The position numbers and the translations under genes were made by a program. From Candidatus Omnitrophota bacterium (lineage in GTDB: Bacteria; Hinthialibacterota; Hinthialibacteria; JAKQFZ01), in NCBI GenBank assembly GCA_029558215.1, contig JAKQFZ010000588.1, positions 1-34,169 on the forward strand: a DNA stretch of 34,169 nucleotides. Reading direction: 5' to 3'. Position 1 is the first letter of the stretch, and each line of letters opens with the position of its first letter. The notes beneath the pieces were generated by a model. It was not told the DNA's origin. It worked only from the letters and a program-made list of their open reading frames with translations, and did no database searches. Positions 9,081 through 17,263 of the stretch are shown here, piece after piece.

Positions 9081-10439
9081 TCATTCTGTGTGACCGAGTC
9101 CTGGAAGCGTCAGACATGAAGTCCCCAACGTTCCGTCTGTAACTCGAAAGATCGAGTCCCAGCGTTGTTCCCAAACCTTGTTGGCGTTGGGGCAGTACTG
9201 GCGTCCGTTTCCTTCGATGGCAGCTACGTTGGGAATTCTGGCGCAAAGTCCGGCGGAGTGCAGGAAAGACGCTCCCACAAGGGTCAGATCCTGTACGCAC
9301 AAAAAGAGATTGTACTTCAGGGCCGCCGCCGCCATGAGCAGCGCCTGCGACTGTCCCTTGCATGTCTTCAAAGCCACGCCACTGTATCCCAATTCCATTG
9401 AGAGCAACAGGTGTTCGAAATCCACCAGCGCTTCGTCAATGACGATGGGTTTGACCTTGGCGACCTCGTGCATCCTAACGTCTCTATGATCCTTGAGATA
9501 CCGGCTCGTCGGCTGCTCAATGTACTGAATGCGGTCGAAACACGATCTGCTTTTCTCTCGGATGCGTTCCAAATAATCGAGAAGGTACTGCACATCTGGA
9601 CAACGCTCATTGAAGTCCACACTGTAGAACCATTGACCAATTTGGCGCTGCATCTGAACTTCTGCGGACACTTGTTCAATGCCAAGTGTCCGCTCAACAT
9701 CCCAATCAAGGTTGTTCCCATCGAGTTTGATCTTGAGATGGGTAAGTCCGTCCTTCTGAATCCATTCTGCAAGTGTGTTGGGAAGTCCGTCCTCAATGCG
9801 CTCTTTCACATCCGCATCTGTCAGAGGATCCATCGCTCCAACCAAATGATAAAGAGGCATCCGAGGCTTGGGTGTCCTGAGTGTATACTGTTCGAGGTAC
9901 TCACCCGCAAACTCGGGTGTGAGATAGAATGCGAGATCGCGATTCATGAAATCCGAACCGTAGGCGTTGTATACATTTAGATTGTGAACCCTGCCGTATG
10001 CGTCATGGAGAGCAGCGTCAAAGGGTGAAGCAACCACAAGCGTACACAGTTTCGGAATGACTTCACTCAGTCCCAGTTCCCGGGTCACGTTCTCAGAGGC
10101 AGCCAGGAAATCAGGCTCCAGATCGGTCATCAGCTCGATCGGATGTCCTGCCAGGGTGCAGGAATTCAGTGTGGTCTGAATGCACTCTGCAAGAACCTTC
10201 ATGGCGCCAAGTGTCTCGTCATATCCATGCACTTTGCTGGGGAATGACCATGAGTTGCCAAGTATCATGGAGCCAATCCCGTTGGCTCTGTTGCCCAATC
10301 TGTCTTTGACAACGACTTCCACGTTCAGCAGAGTGAGCGCCGTAAGCACCTTCCCCCCGAACTTCAATGGCGAACGAAGCATCAGATCTTCGAAGCCGAT
10401 CTGTACTTCTTTGACTGATATGTCTTTGGAGTTGGCCAT
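9081..10439 (-). CDS. Enolase-superfamily enzyme (mandelate racemase/muconate lactonizing family; motif pattern closest to the MLE subgroup)
   Basis: KxK motif 'LKIKLDG'. Metal-ligand positions 'SVDFNE', 'YIEQP' and 'VIDEAL'. Strand-6 Lys region 'VALKTCKGQSQAL'. I prefer the ATG at 10439 (MANSKDISVKEV); the GTG at 10481 in the ORF track would overlap the upstream gene. At ~452 aa it is longer than typical family members. Confidence 0.75.
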   Translation of the reverse strand: MANSKDISVKEVQIGFEDLMLRSPLKFGGKVLTALTLLNVEVVVKDRLGNRANGIGSMILGNSWSFPSKVHGYDETLGAMKVLAECIQTTLNSCTLAGHPIELMTDLEPDFLAASENVTRELGLSEVIPKLCTLVVASPFDAALHDAYGRVHNLNVYNAYGSDFMNRDLAFYLTPEFAGEYLEQYTLRTPKPRMPLYHLVGAMDPLTDADVKERIEDGLPNTLAEWIQKDGLTHLKIKLDGNNLDWDVERTLGIEQVSAEVQMQRQIGQWFYSVDFNERCPDVQYLLDYLERIREKSRSCFDRIQYIEQPTSRYLKDHRDVRMHEVAKVKPIVIDEALVDFEHLLLSMELGYSGVALKTCKGQSQALLMAAAALKYNLFLCVQDLTLVGASFLHSAGLCARIPNVAAIEGNGRQYCPNANKVWEQRWDSIFRVTDGTLGTSCLTLPGLGHTE

Positions 10440-10468
10440 GCAAACCACCACTTCAGTTGGCACCCGGA

Positions 10469-11782
10469 CTATGGCTTCCACTCCAGAACAGACACCATCT
10501 GCGGCGGCTGCTCTGTGGTGGTTTCATGATCGCCTTGATCCGAAGGAAGCAAGAACAGATTGAGAACGCCATCCCTCTTCCACCTGAGAATGTCGTAGTT
10601 GGGCTCCCATTGCAGCAAGTTGTTCTCTGCCAAGGGAAAGTGAGTCCACTCGTTGTAATCAGGCGGAAAGGCCTTGGCGACCATCGGCCGAGAGCCTTCG
10701 GTTGTGTACCGGTACAGCACGTAGACATTGTCCTTACGATCAATGAAAAGATCGGGGCGGCTGAGTGGGTTGCGCAGGGTGCCTCCCCCCTTCATATCAA
10801 AACGCTCCGTGAATTGAGAGACTTGACTTTGTCTCCAGGAAGAACCGTCATGCCAGATGTGCCAAAACTGCGGAATGCCTTCAGAATCGTTCTTTCTGAC
10901 TGTAATGTGCATCCGATTCTGACTGTCCACTTCTGAGGAATCCTGGTTGCTGAGGTTATTGCTCTCGCCAACAGGATCAATGACCTCATTGGTTTTCTGA
11001 GTGATGGGTAGATCGTAAGGTTTCCCGCCTGAGTCTTCCCATGTGACACCACCGTCAGGACTTTGGGCGTAGCAGATTCGGCTGTTTGTCGAAGCATCGC
11101 CAGTTCGTCGCCAGCACCACGCGAGTTTGATGCTTCCGTCCTTTCCCACGGCAGGGCGACACCAATAGGCGTTGTGAGAACCTTCACCGGCAATCAGCGG
11201 GTGGTGGAGCACCTCCCAGCACTTACTTGACACGTCGTAGCGATTGACACACAAGTCTCCGTTGCCCGAGCCTCCATCGCGATAGATGAAAAGAAGAGTT
11301 CCATCAGCCAGATTCACAAACTGTGGATACGTCACTCGGCTCTCTCGCTGACCCGTCATGCCGATGATCTCTCCGAAAGTGGATGGGTCAAGCGGCTTTT
11401 CGCTACGTCTATATCGAAGAGGATGCCCATGATGATCGTAACTGATATGCAGAGTGCCATCTGGAGAAATGCCCAAACTGATACAGTTGTGTGCATCCCG
11501 AACATTTCCCTTCCAATCAGTGCGGTGGATCGTCCAGGAATCCGAAGGTATATCACGATGCGCTATAGCCACACATCCGTCGGGAGTGTAGAACGTGACG
11601 AACTGCCGCTTTCCGAACGTCGCAATGGCATGGTGTCGAAAGATTGCCGTGTTGACCTTGGTTGCGGAGAAGCCTTCTGCTAGGGAAATGATGCGTGGTT
11701 TCAACTCAACCCTCCCGCAGGATGTCAGAGTGACAGCCAAGATGACTAGAATCAATGGTAGTCGAAAGAAGACCTTCTTCAT
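10469..11782 (-). CDS. BNR_4-type (BNR repeat-containing) beta-propeller lipoprotein
   Basis: ATG at 11782 with GGAGGG upstream. Signal peptide plus lipobox 'LAVTLTS-C'. 'AHNCISLGISPDGTLHISYDHHGHPLRYRRS' matches my memory of the BNR_4 (PF15892) core. Several 'SxDGGxTW'-like Asp-boxes are present (e.g. SPDGGVTWE). Confidence 0.6.
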   Translation of the reverse strand: MKKVFFRLPLILVILAVTLTSCGRVELKPRIISLAEGFSATKVNTAIFRHHAIATFGKRQFVTFYTPDGCVAIAHRDIPSDSWTIHRTDWKGNVRDAHNCISLGISPDGTLHISYDHHGHPLRYRRSEKPLDPSTFGEIIGMTGQRESRVTYPQFVNLADGTLLFIYRDGGSGNGDLCVNRYDVSSKCWEVLHHPLIAGEGSHNAYWCRPAVGKDGSIKLAWCWRRTGDASTNSRICYAQSPDGGVTWEDSGGKPYDLPITQKTNEVIDPVGESNNLSNQDSSEVDSQNRMHITVRKNDSEGIPQFWHIWHDGSSWRQSQVSQFTERFDMKGGGTLRNPLSRPDLFIDRKDNVYVLYRYTTEGSRPMVAKAFPPDYNEWTHFPLAENNLLQWEPNYDILRWKRDGVLNLFLLPSDQGDHETTTEQPPQMVSVLEWKP

Positions 11783-11820
11783 GCTCCAGTATCCCTCCAA
11801 GTGATCTCATCGTAGTACAG

Positions 11821-12876
11821 TTAACCGGTTGTCACAATGACTCCAAGAATGTCATCGGGTGCCTCAATGATGCTTCCTATCTCCTTCTCCATATTCTGGA
11901 GAGCAACGCGGTGCGTCGTCAGGCAGTCCACGTTGAGCCGTCCTTCGGAGATCAGCCGCATGCAGAGTTCAAGATTTGCCCTTGTTGACCATCTGATGAA
12001 GACCGATGGATAGTCATCGCCAAATTCCCACTTCTCATCGTGATATCCTGCACCCGTGCGGCTGGAGCGTCGGAGATCGAGATTCGTCGTTGTGGCTTTG
12101 AACTGAAAGGAGATGTTCCCAACGATGACAAGTGTTCCCATAGGATGAGTGTCTGGAGAACGCTTGACAGCTTTCTCAAGTTTGCCGATGACATCGGTTG
12201 CCTCACCGGCAAACGCCAAAACAGCTCCGTCCAAACCTTTGCCATTGGTGAACTCAAGGGATTTCTTGATCTCATCTTCAGCGCCGACCTGCGCTGTGGC
12301 GTGGATGCCCCAGTCTTTCGATATCTGCAGCCTTCTGGGTATCATCTCCCAGCCAATAACGTAGTTGCCGGAGAGTTGGTGTAACTGCGCCGCGATCTGA
12401 CCGATAATTCCCAGGCCAACCACACCGACGTATTCCCCAAACTGGAACTCACCGCGTCGTAGAGCGTACAGTGCTGTGGCTGAGAGCATGGCGTAGGCAC
12501 CTTGCTCAAAAGTCACGTTTGAAGGCAGGGCGACGCAGAGGTGATGAGGAACAACCGCATAGTTGGTATGCTGGGCATAGCCGGCACCAATGCACGCAAC
12601 GCGGTCTCCAGGTACAAACTCCTGAACGCCTTCGCCAACTTCCAAGATGATTCCCGCGTTCGAATACCCGAAGGGTCTGGGTTTCTCATAGGGTTGGGCT
12701 GCCGAGCGCTCCTGGCTGAGCGCCCGCCATCCCCCACCCAGTTCTGTGCCAGGGCTGATCAGTGAATTCTGCACATGCACAAGCACTGTCCCTTTTCGAA
12801 GAGCAGGCACGGGTTCCTCAACAACACCAATCTTGCCACAGCCAATGCGTGCAGCAACAAGCCTTGTGTTCGGCAT
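11821..12876 (-). CDS. Zinc-type / medium-chain (MDR) alcohol dehydrogenase family oxidoreductase
   Basis: GroES-like N-terminal domain with 'ISPGTELGG' and 'GDRVACIG'. Rossmann motif 'VGVVGLGIIGQIAAQL'. RBS GGAGGAAAA lies upstream of the ATG at 12876. Confidence 0.8.
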   Translation of the reverse strand: MPNTRLVAARIGCGKIGVVEEPVPALRKGTVLVHVQNSLISPGTELGGGWRALSQERSAAQPYEKPRPFGYSNAGIILEVGEGVQEFVPGDRVACIGAGYAQHTNYAVVPHHLCVALPSNVTFEQGAYAMLSATALYALRRGEFQFGEYVGVVGLGIIGQIAAQLHQLSGNYVIGWEMIPRRLQISKDWGIHATAQVGAEDEIKKSLEFTNGKGLDGAVLAFAGEATDVIGKLEKAVKRSPDTHPMGTLVIVGNISFQFKATTTNLDLRRSSRTGAGYHDEKWEFGDDYPSVFIRWSTRANLELCMRLISEGRLNVDCLTTHRVALQNMEKEIGSIIEAPDDILGVIVTTG

Positions 12877-12909
12877 TTTTCCTCCTGGCGGATCTTTTCC
12901 GTAGAATTC

Positions 12910-13701
12910 TCAGGCCTCGAAACTCTTAATTGTCTTCAGTTCTCTGGGAAGGTGAACATCATAGGGTTCCCACTTGATCCATTCACCGCTGAGAAATCCA
13001 TCATACTGAACCCCTTGAAGCAGTGCCACGGCAGCCTTGTGATCAATGTTCCCGTCGCCGATGGGTTTCAATTCAGACTTGCCGTTTGTGGTAATACCAT
13101 CGTGGAAATGCACATGCCTTATCCAGGGTTTCAATATCTCAAAAGACTTCTCTATTGTGAATCCAGCGGTACGGACAGGGTGCATAATGTCCCAGTTGAT
13201 CGCGATTGCCGGATGATCCACGCGGCTGACAACGCTGGCAAGATCTTCGGGATTGCACCAGGCGTCATGTGTCTCAATGCACACGGTAACAGATGACTGC
13301 TGGGCGTGGTCGGCTATCTTCAACAGGCAGTTGGAGAGATAATCCTTGGCGCGGTCTCTGCTCAATGATTCTGGGAAGTGTCCCCCAAAGACCCGGATAC
13401 GGGAACAACCAACCGAAGAGGCTAGCGAGATTGCGCTCAAGGCTGCTGAGACATTATCCCCGCAAAGGTTTGGATCGGCGAACTTGCATGAAGTGGCGAT
13501 GCAGCAGATGGCAACATTGGCATCCTCTGCCATTTTGCGGAAATCCGCGAGTTTCTCCTTGGGGGTGTCCCGTTCGATACCATGCCTATGGTTGCTATCA
13601 ATACGTGGCTCGACTCCATCGTAGCCATAGCGCCTCGCAGTCTCCAAGACCTGCGAGAAATCCAATTCGGGGCAAGAAAATGTCATGAAAGCGTACTTCA
13701 T
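12910..13701 (-). CDS. Sugar phosphate isomerase/epimerase (xylose isomerase-like TIM barrel) family protein
   Basis: Family-typical blocks are present: 'YGYDGVEPR', 'IRVFGG', 'VTVCIETHD', 'INWDIMH', 'HVHFHDG', 'FLSGEW'. RBS GGGAGG lies ~9 nt upstream of the ATG. Confidence 0.8.
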   Translation of the reverse strand: MKYAFMTFSCPELDFSQVLETARRYGYDGVEPRIDSNHRHGIERDTPKEKLADFRKMAEDANVAICCIATSCKFADPNLCGDNVSAALSAISLASSVGCSRIRVFGGHFPESLSRDRAKDYLSNCLLKIADHAQQSSVTVCIETHDAWCNPEDLASVVSRVDHPAIAINWDIMHPVRTAGFTIEKSFEILKPWIRHVHFHDGITTNGKSELKPIGDGNIDHKAAVALLQGVQYDGFLSGEWIKWEPYDVHLPRELKTIKSFEA

Positions 13702-13740
13702 CGGTCAGTGTCCTCCCATATTTCGGTATCTTCACCTTCT

Positions 13741-14886
13741 CTATATTAAGCACGCCAGGACTTCATCCGCAAGAAAGAGTCCTCTTTGTGTCAAACGGAT
13801 GCAATCACCTTTTTGACTCAGCAGTCCGTTCTGGACTTGCTCATCGAGTGAATCAAGAGCATTCTGGACAGCGGCATCTCCAAATCTCTTCCGCATCCGG
13901 GCAAGATTGACACCTTCGTTCAGCAGACGCAGTCCCAGCATAATCCCTTCTCTGGCCTGGGTATCCTGGTCGAGAATTTCTACTTCAGAACGATGTACTC
14001 GTGACAGTGGCTCGGTGAGATACTCTGCAATGTCCTCTGAGTTCCTGAAACGCTCATGGCGCAAGTGGGAGTGTGCTCCACAGCCCAAGCCAAGGTAGTC
14101 GCCCGACTCCCAGTAGTTTCTGTTGTGACGAGACTGAAAACCTGGGAGTGCGAAGTTGGAGATCTCATAGTGTTCGTAACCTGCACTCGTGAGAATACAG
14201 ATGATGTGCTCAAACTTCTCAGCCATGAGTTCCTCGTCCAACTCCGGAAGTGTTGCTGCAGCTATCGAAAGTGCGAGGGGTGTCCTAGGCTCCAGACCTA
14301 GAGAGTAAGTGGAAAGATGCTCCGGTCTGAGCTGCATCACCGCGACCACCGACTCTTTGAGGTCATCCATCGTCTCATTGGGACAGCCAAAAATCAGATC
14401 CAGCGAAATGTTGTTGAATCCAATTTCTCTTGCTGTTCTAAATGTTCTCAGCGTCTGCTCGACAGTGTGAAGCCGTCCCAACACTGTGAGAGTGCTGGGG
14501 ACAAAAGACTGCGCTCCGATACTCAACCGGTTGACCCCCAATTGATGAGCCATCTCAAGGAAACGTTGTGAGGCGCTTTCCGGATTGACCTCCACGGTGA
14601 TCTCACAGCCGCTTTGAAGTGAAAAATGCCCGCGAATGCACTTCAGAAGCACTTCGATCTGTTGTGGTGTCAAAAGACTGGGAGTACCGCCGCCAAAATA
14701 GACCGAAGCAACCGAAGCGCCTGCGACACCCTGCCACAAGTGCTTGCGAACAATCTCATCTTCAAGGCAGGAAACATATCGCTCCAAGTCGCTTTCGCGT
14801 TCAGCCCACGAGAGAAAGTCACAGTAGAAGCACTTCCTTCGGCAGAAAGGAACATGAACGTAGATCCCCAGAGGCTTTTCCGTCAT
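13741..14886 (-). CDS. hemW: Radical SAM family heme chaperone HemW (HemN-like, oxygen-independent coproporphyrinogen-III oxidase-like)
   Basis: 'YVHVPFCRRKCFYCDF' gives CxxxCxxC followed by D-F (HemW type) rather than HemN's G-C. 'YFGGGTPS' and 'HNRNYWESGDYLGLGCGAHS' are present. The 381-aa length fits HemW. Its start overlaps the upstream stop (tcat at 14883-14886). Confidence 0.9.
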   Translation of the reverse strand: MTEKPLGIYVHVPFCRRKCFYCDFLSWAERESDLERYVSCLEDEIVRKHLWQGVAGASVASVYFGGGTPSLLTPQQIEVLLKCIRGHFSLQSGCEITVEVNPESASQRFLEMAHQLGVNRLSIGAQSFVPSTLTVLGRLHTVEQTLRTFRTAREIGFNNISLDLIFGCPNETMDDLKESVVAVMQLRPEHLSTYSLGLEPRTPLALSIAAATLPELDEELMAEKFEHIICILTSAGYEHYEISNFALPGFQSRHNRNYWESGDYLGLGCGAHSHLRHERFRNSEDIAEYLTEPLSRVHRSEVEILDQDTQAREGIMLGLRLLNEGVNLARMRKRFGDAAVQNALDSLDEQVQNGLLSQKGDCIRLTQRGLFLADEVLACLI

Positions 14887-16220
14887 GTGTTCGCCTTGAC
14901 AATGTCGGATTCTTCTACGATGCAGTCCTGCTCGCGAAGCAATGACTGCAGAGAACCCACATCAACCTGTCGTGGGGACACGCTTGTTCGAAGCGACAGA
15001 GCTGCGGAAACTCCTGCGGCCTGCCCCATAACACCGCACTGAGGCATGACGCGGAGACTGCCCAAGGCTTCATGGGTGCAGCTGGCGCAGCGACCGGCGA
15101 CCAGAAGGTTCTCAACCTTCTGGGGCAACAGAATTCGGTAAGGTATTTGATACTTGAATCCTGGTTCCGGACGATATGTCTTCTGATCCATGCCTGGCCC
15201 TGAGACACAATGGATATCAATAAAGAATGAACCATATCCGATGGAATCGGAGAAAGTCTTCTTGGCGAGCAGATCTTCTTTTGTCAGCAGATAGTCTCCC
15301 AGTATTCTTCGGGTCTCACGGACACCGACCGTGTTGGGTGTAGAGATCATATAACACTCTTCCATGCCCGGGACATATTTGCGAAAGACCTCAATGCACT
15401 CATACGCCTGTTTGCGTCCCTCGATGGTTGCACGAGTCAAATCCTCTGCCTTGGTACCATCAATGAAGTTGATATGCGTGAAGTTGATTCCGACCTGATC
15501 CGGTCGTGTGGGTGTCCACCACCATCCCATGATCTGGTTCTGAAAAGGTCTCATGTCGCCATTGTCCTGCGCCTGCTTCCAGACGGATTTCAACTTGTAG
15601 TCGGTGCCACGGAATTTCCTGACTCGATCATAGTCCACACCACCGATGGTGAACATTAGCGTTGCCGGCTGACAGGGACCCGAATCCTCGGCTCCCATCA
15701 GAAACTTGCAGCCTGCACTTGCGGCGACATCTCCGTCGCCGGTGCAGTCAACTGTTCTTCGGGCAAGAATGACTTCCCTGCCACTCTTGCTTTGAACAAC
15801 CACACCCACCACCCTGGTGTCCTCAACAATCGTCTCCGCGAAAAGCGTATAGTAACGAAGTGTGACACCCGCCTGCTCTGCCATCTCTTCAAGAACCTTC
15901 TTCATTCCCTCGATCTCAAAGTCCGCTTCATGGTTGTTGTGGACTCCGTAGCCGGCTGAGGTCACCCGCTGTGCTGTCTCGAAAGGAATGCCACCCACCA
16001 CCCTTCTGGGAGATCCCCACTCGGAATACAAGCAGATGTGAGCGTGGCCACCCGCAGTGGCAATGCCACCCAGGCAGTTGAACTGCTCAACAATCATCGT
16101 CCGAACCCCTAGCCGCGCAGCGGAAAGTGACGCAGCAACCCCAGCGGGGCCCCCACCTACAACAAGCACATCCACCTCAGCGGCAACCGGGAGTGAAGCG
16201 ATTTCTGTTCGAGTAATCAT
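14883..16220 (-). CDS. FAD-dependent oxidoreductase (PF12831-like 'FAD_oxidored' family)
   Basis: Dinucleotide-binding motif 'DVLVVGGGPAGVAASLSAARLG'. A strong RBS (AAGGAG) lies 8 nt upstream of the ATG at 16220; the ORF track starts at 16265. It is the first gene of the minus-strand gene run. Confidence 0.8.
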   Translation of the reverse strand: MITRTEIASLPVAAEVDVLVVGGGPAGVAASLSAARLGVRTMIVEQFNCLGGIATAGGHAHICLYSEWGSPRRVVGGIPFETAQRVTSAGYGVHNNHEADFEIEGMKKVLEEMAEQAGVTLRYYTLFAETIVEDTRVVGVVVQSKSGREVILARRTVDCTGDGDVAASAGCKFLMGAEDSGPCQPATLMFTIGGVDYDRVRKFRGTDYKLKSVWKQAQDNGDMRPFQNQIMGWWWTPTRPDQVGINFTHINFIDGTKAEDLTRATIEGRKQAYECIEVFRKYVPGMEECYMISTPNTVGVRETRRILGDYLLTKEDLLAKKTFSDSIGYGSFFIDIHCVSGPGMDQKTYRPEPGFKYQIPYRILLPQKVENLLVAGRCASCTHEALGSLRVMPQCGVMGQAAGVSAALSLRTSVSPRQVDVGSLQSLLREQDCIVEESDIVKANT

Positions 16221-16410
16221 CCTATGTCTCCTTAATTTCAAAAGGCTTTGAGGCTCTTGGGGCATGTTCTAATCTGTCCGGATTCAAGATTTTGGACCGA
16301 AAATCTCACTCTCTCGATCATAGTGTTTGCTGGATGGAAAGCAAGCGGGAACAGAGTCATGAGGGATTCAGGCAGCAGAAAATGTTCGTGCCGGTATGAA
16401 AGTTGCCAAA

Positions 16411-16435
16411 AATCCTTGCATTTCTATACAGGATT
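16411..16435. promoter_or_regulatory. Inverted repeat AATCCT-N13-AGGATT in the divergent control region, 16 nt upstream of the TauE-like start
   Basis: Read directly from the sequence: 6-bp arms at 16411-16416 and 16430-16435. Its only support is its position in the 230-bp divergent intergenic region. Confidence 0.2.
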
Positions 16436-16450
16436 GATATTTTGCAGAGC

Positions 16451-17254
16451 ATGTTGGAACCATTTTCTGTTGTGATGATCGCGCTTATCCTGACCATGAC
16501 CAGTACAGTTGGAGCCATGATGGGGTATGGCATGGCTGTGATCGCGCTTCCATTCTGCGCCTTCTTTATGGACTTGAAGATGCTGCCCCCTCTGTTTGGA
16601 ACTCTCGGAGGCATTGCGTCCCTTTACATCTCAATCAAGGAACGCCGCCACATAAACTGGCGTGAACTGAGGCGCGTTCTGCTCTGGTGTGCCATCGGTT
16701 TTCCTGTTGGCGTCTACGGATTCCACAAACTCCCAGTAAACAGACTGAACCTGTTTCTGGCGGTCTTCATCGTGATCGTCTCGGTTCACGGCTTCTGGAA
16801 GACTTACACAAAACGAGCCTCACGCCCATGGCCTTGGCTTTTTGGTCGAATCCTCTTGATCCTAGGAGGAGTCATCCATGGAGCGTTCACTACTGGGGGG
16901 CCAGCGGTGATCGCCTACAGCGAGCCAATTCTCAAAGACAAGCACGAGTTCAGGGCAACCATGATGCTGATATGGGGAATTCTGAACCCTATTTTTGTCA
17001 CGATCTACTGGCTCAGTCCAAGCCGCCAGATCGAGGTCTTTTGGCTCACTCTTGCCTGTATCCCGTCCATTTTCATCGGGATTCGGACTGGTCAGTTTCT
17101 TCACCATAGGGTCTCTGAGCGAGGCTTTCGACTAGCCGTCTTCACTCTGCTCTTTCTCTCAGGGATATCCAGATTGATGCCCAACGATCATCCGGCAAAA
17201 CCTGAGGAAATCTCTCACACCGCGCCTGTGGAGAGCTTGCAGACGGTGGACTAG
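16451..17254 (+). CDS. TauE/SafE (TSUP, DUF81) family anion permease
   Basis: 267 aa from the ATG at 16451 (MLEPFSVVMIALIL); the TTG at 16403 is in the ORF track. About 7-8 hydrophobic helices. Two-fold internal pattern with Gly-rich segments 'TVGAMMGYGMAVIALP' and 'ILGGVIHGAFTTGGPAVIAY'. Confidence 0.6.
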   Translation: MLEPFSVVMIALILTMTSTVGAMMGYGMAVIALPFCAFFMDLKMLPPLFGTLGGIASLYISIKERRHINWRELRRVLLWCAIGFPVGVYGFHKLPVNRLNLFLAVFIVIVSVHGFWKTYTKRASRPWPWLFGRILLILGGVIHGAFTTGGPAVIAYSEPILKDKHEFRATMMLIWGILNPIFVTIYWLSPSRQIEVFWLTLACIPSIFIGIRTGQFLHHRVSERGFRLAVFTLLFLSGISRLMPNDHPAKPEEISHTAPVESLQTVD

Positions 17255-17263
17255 AGGTGGGGT

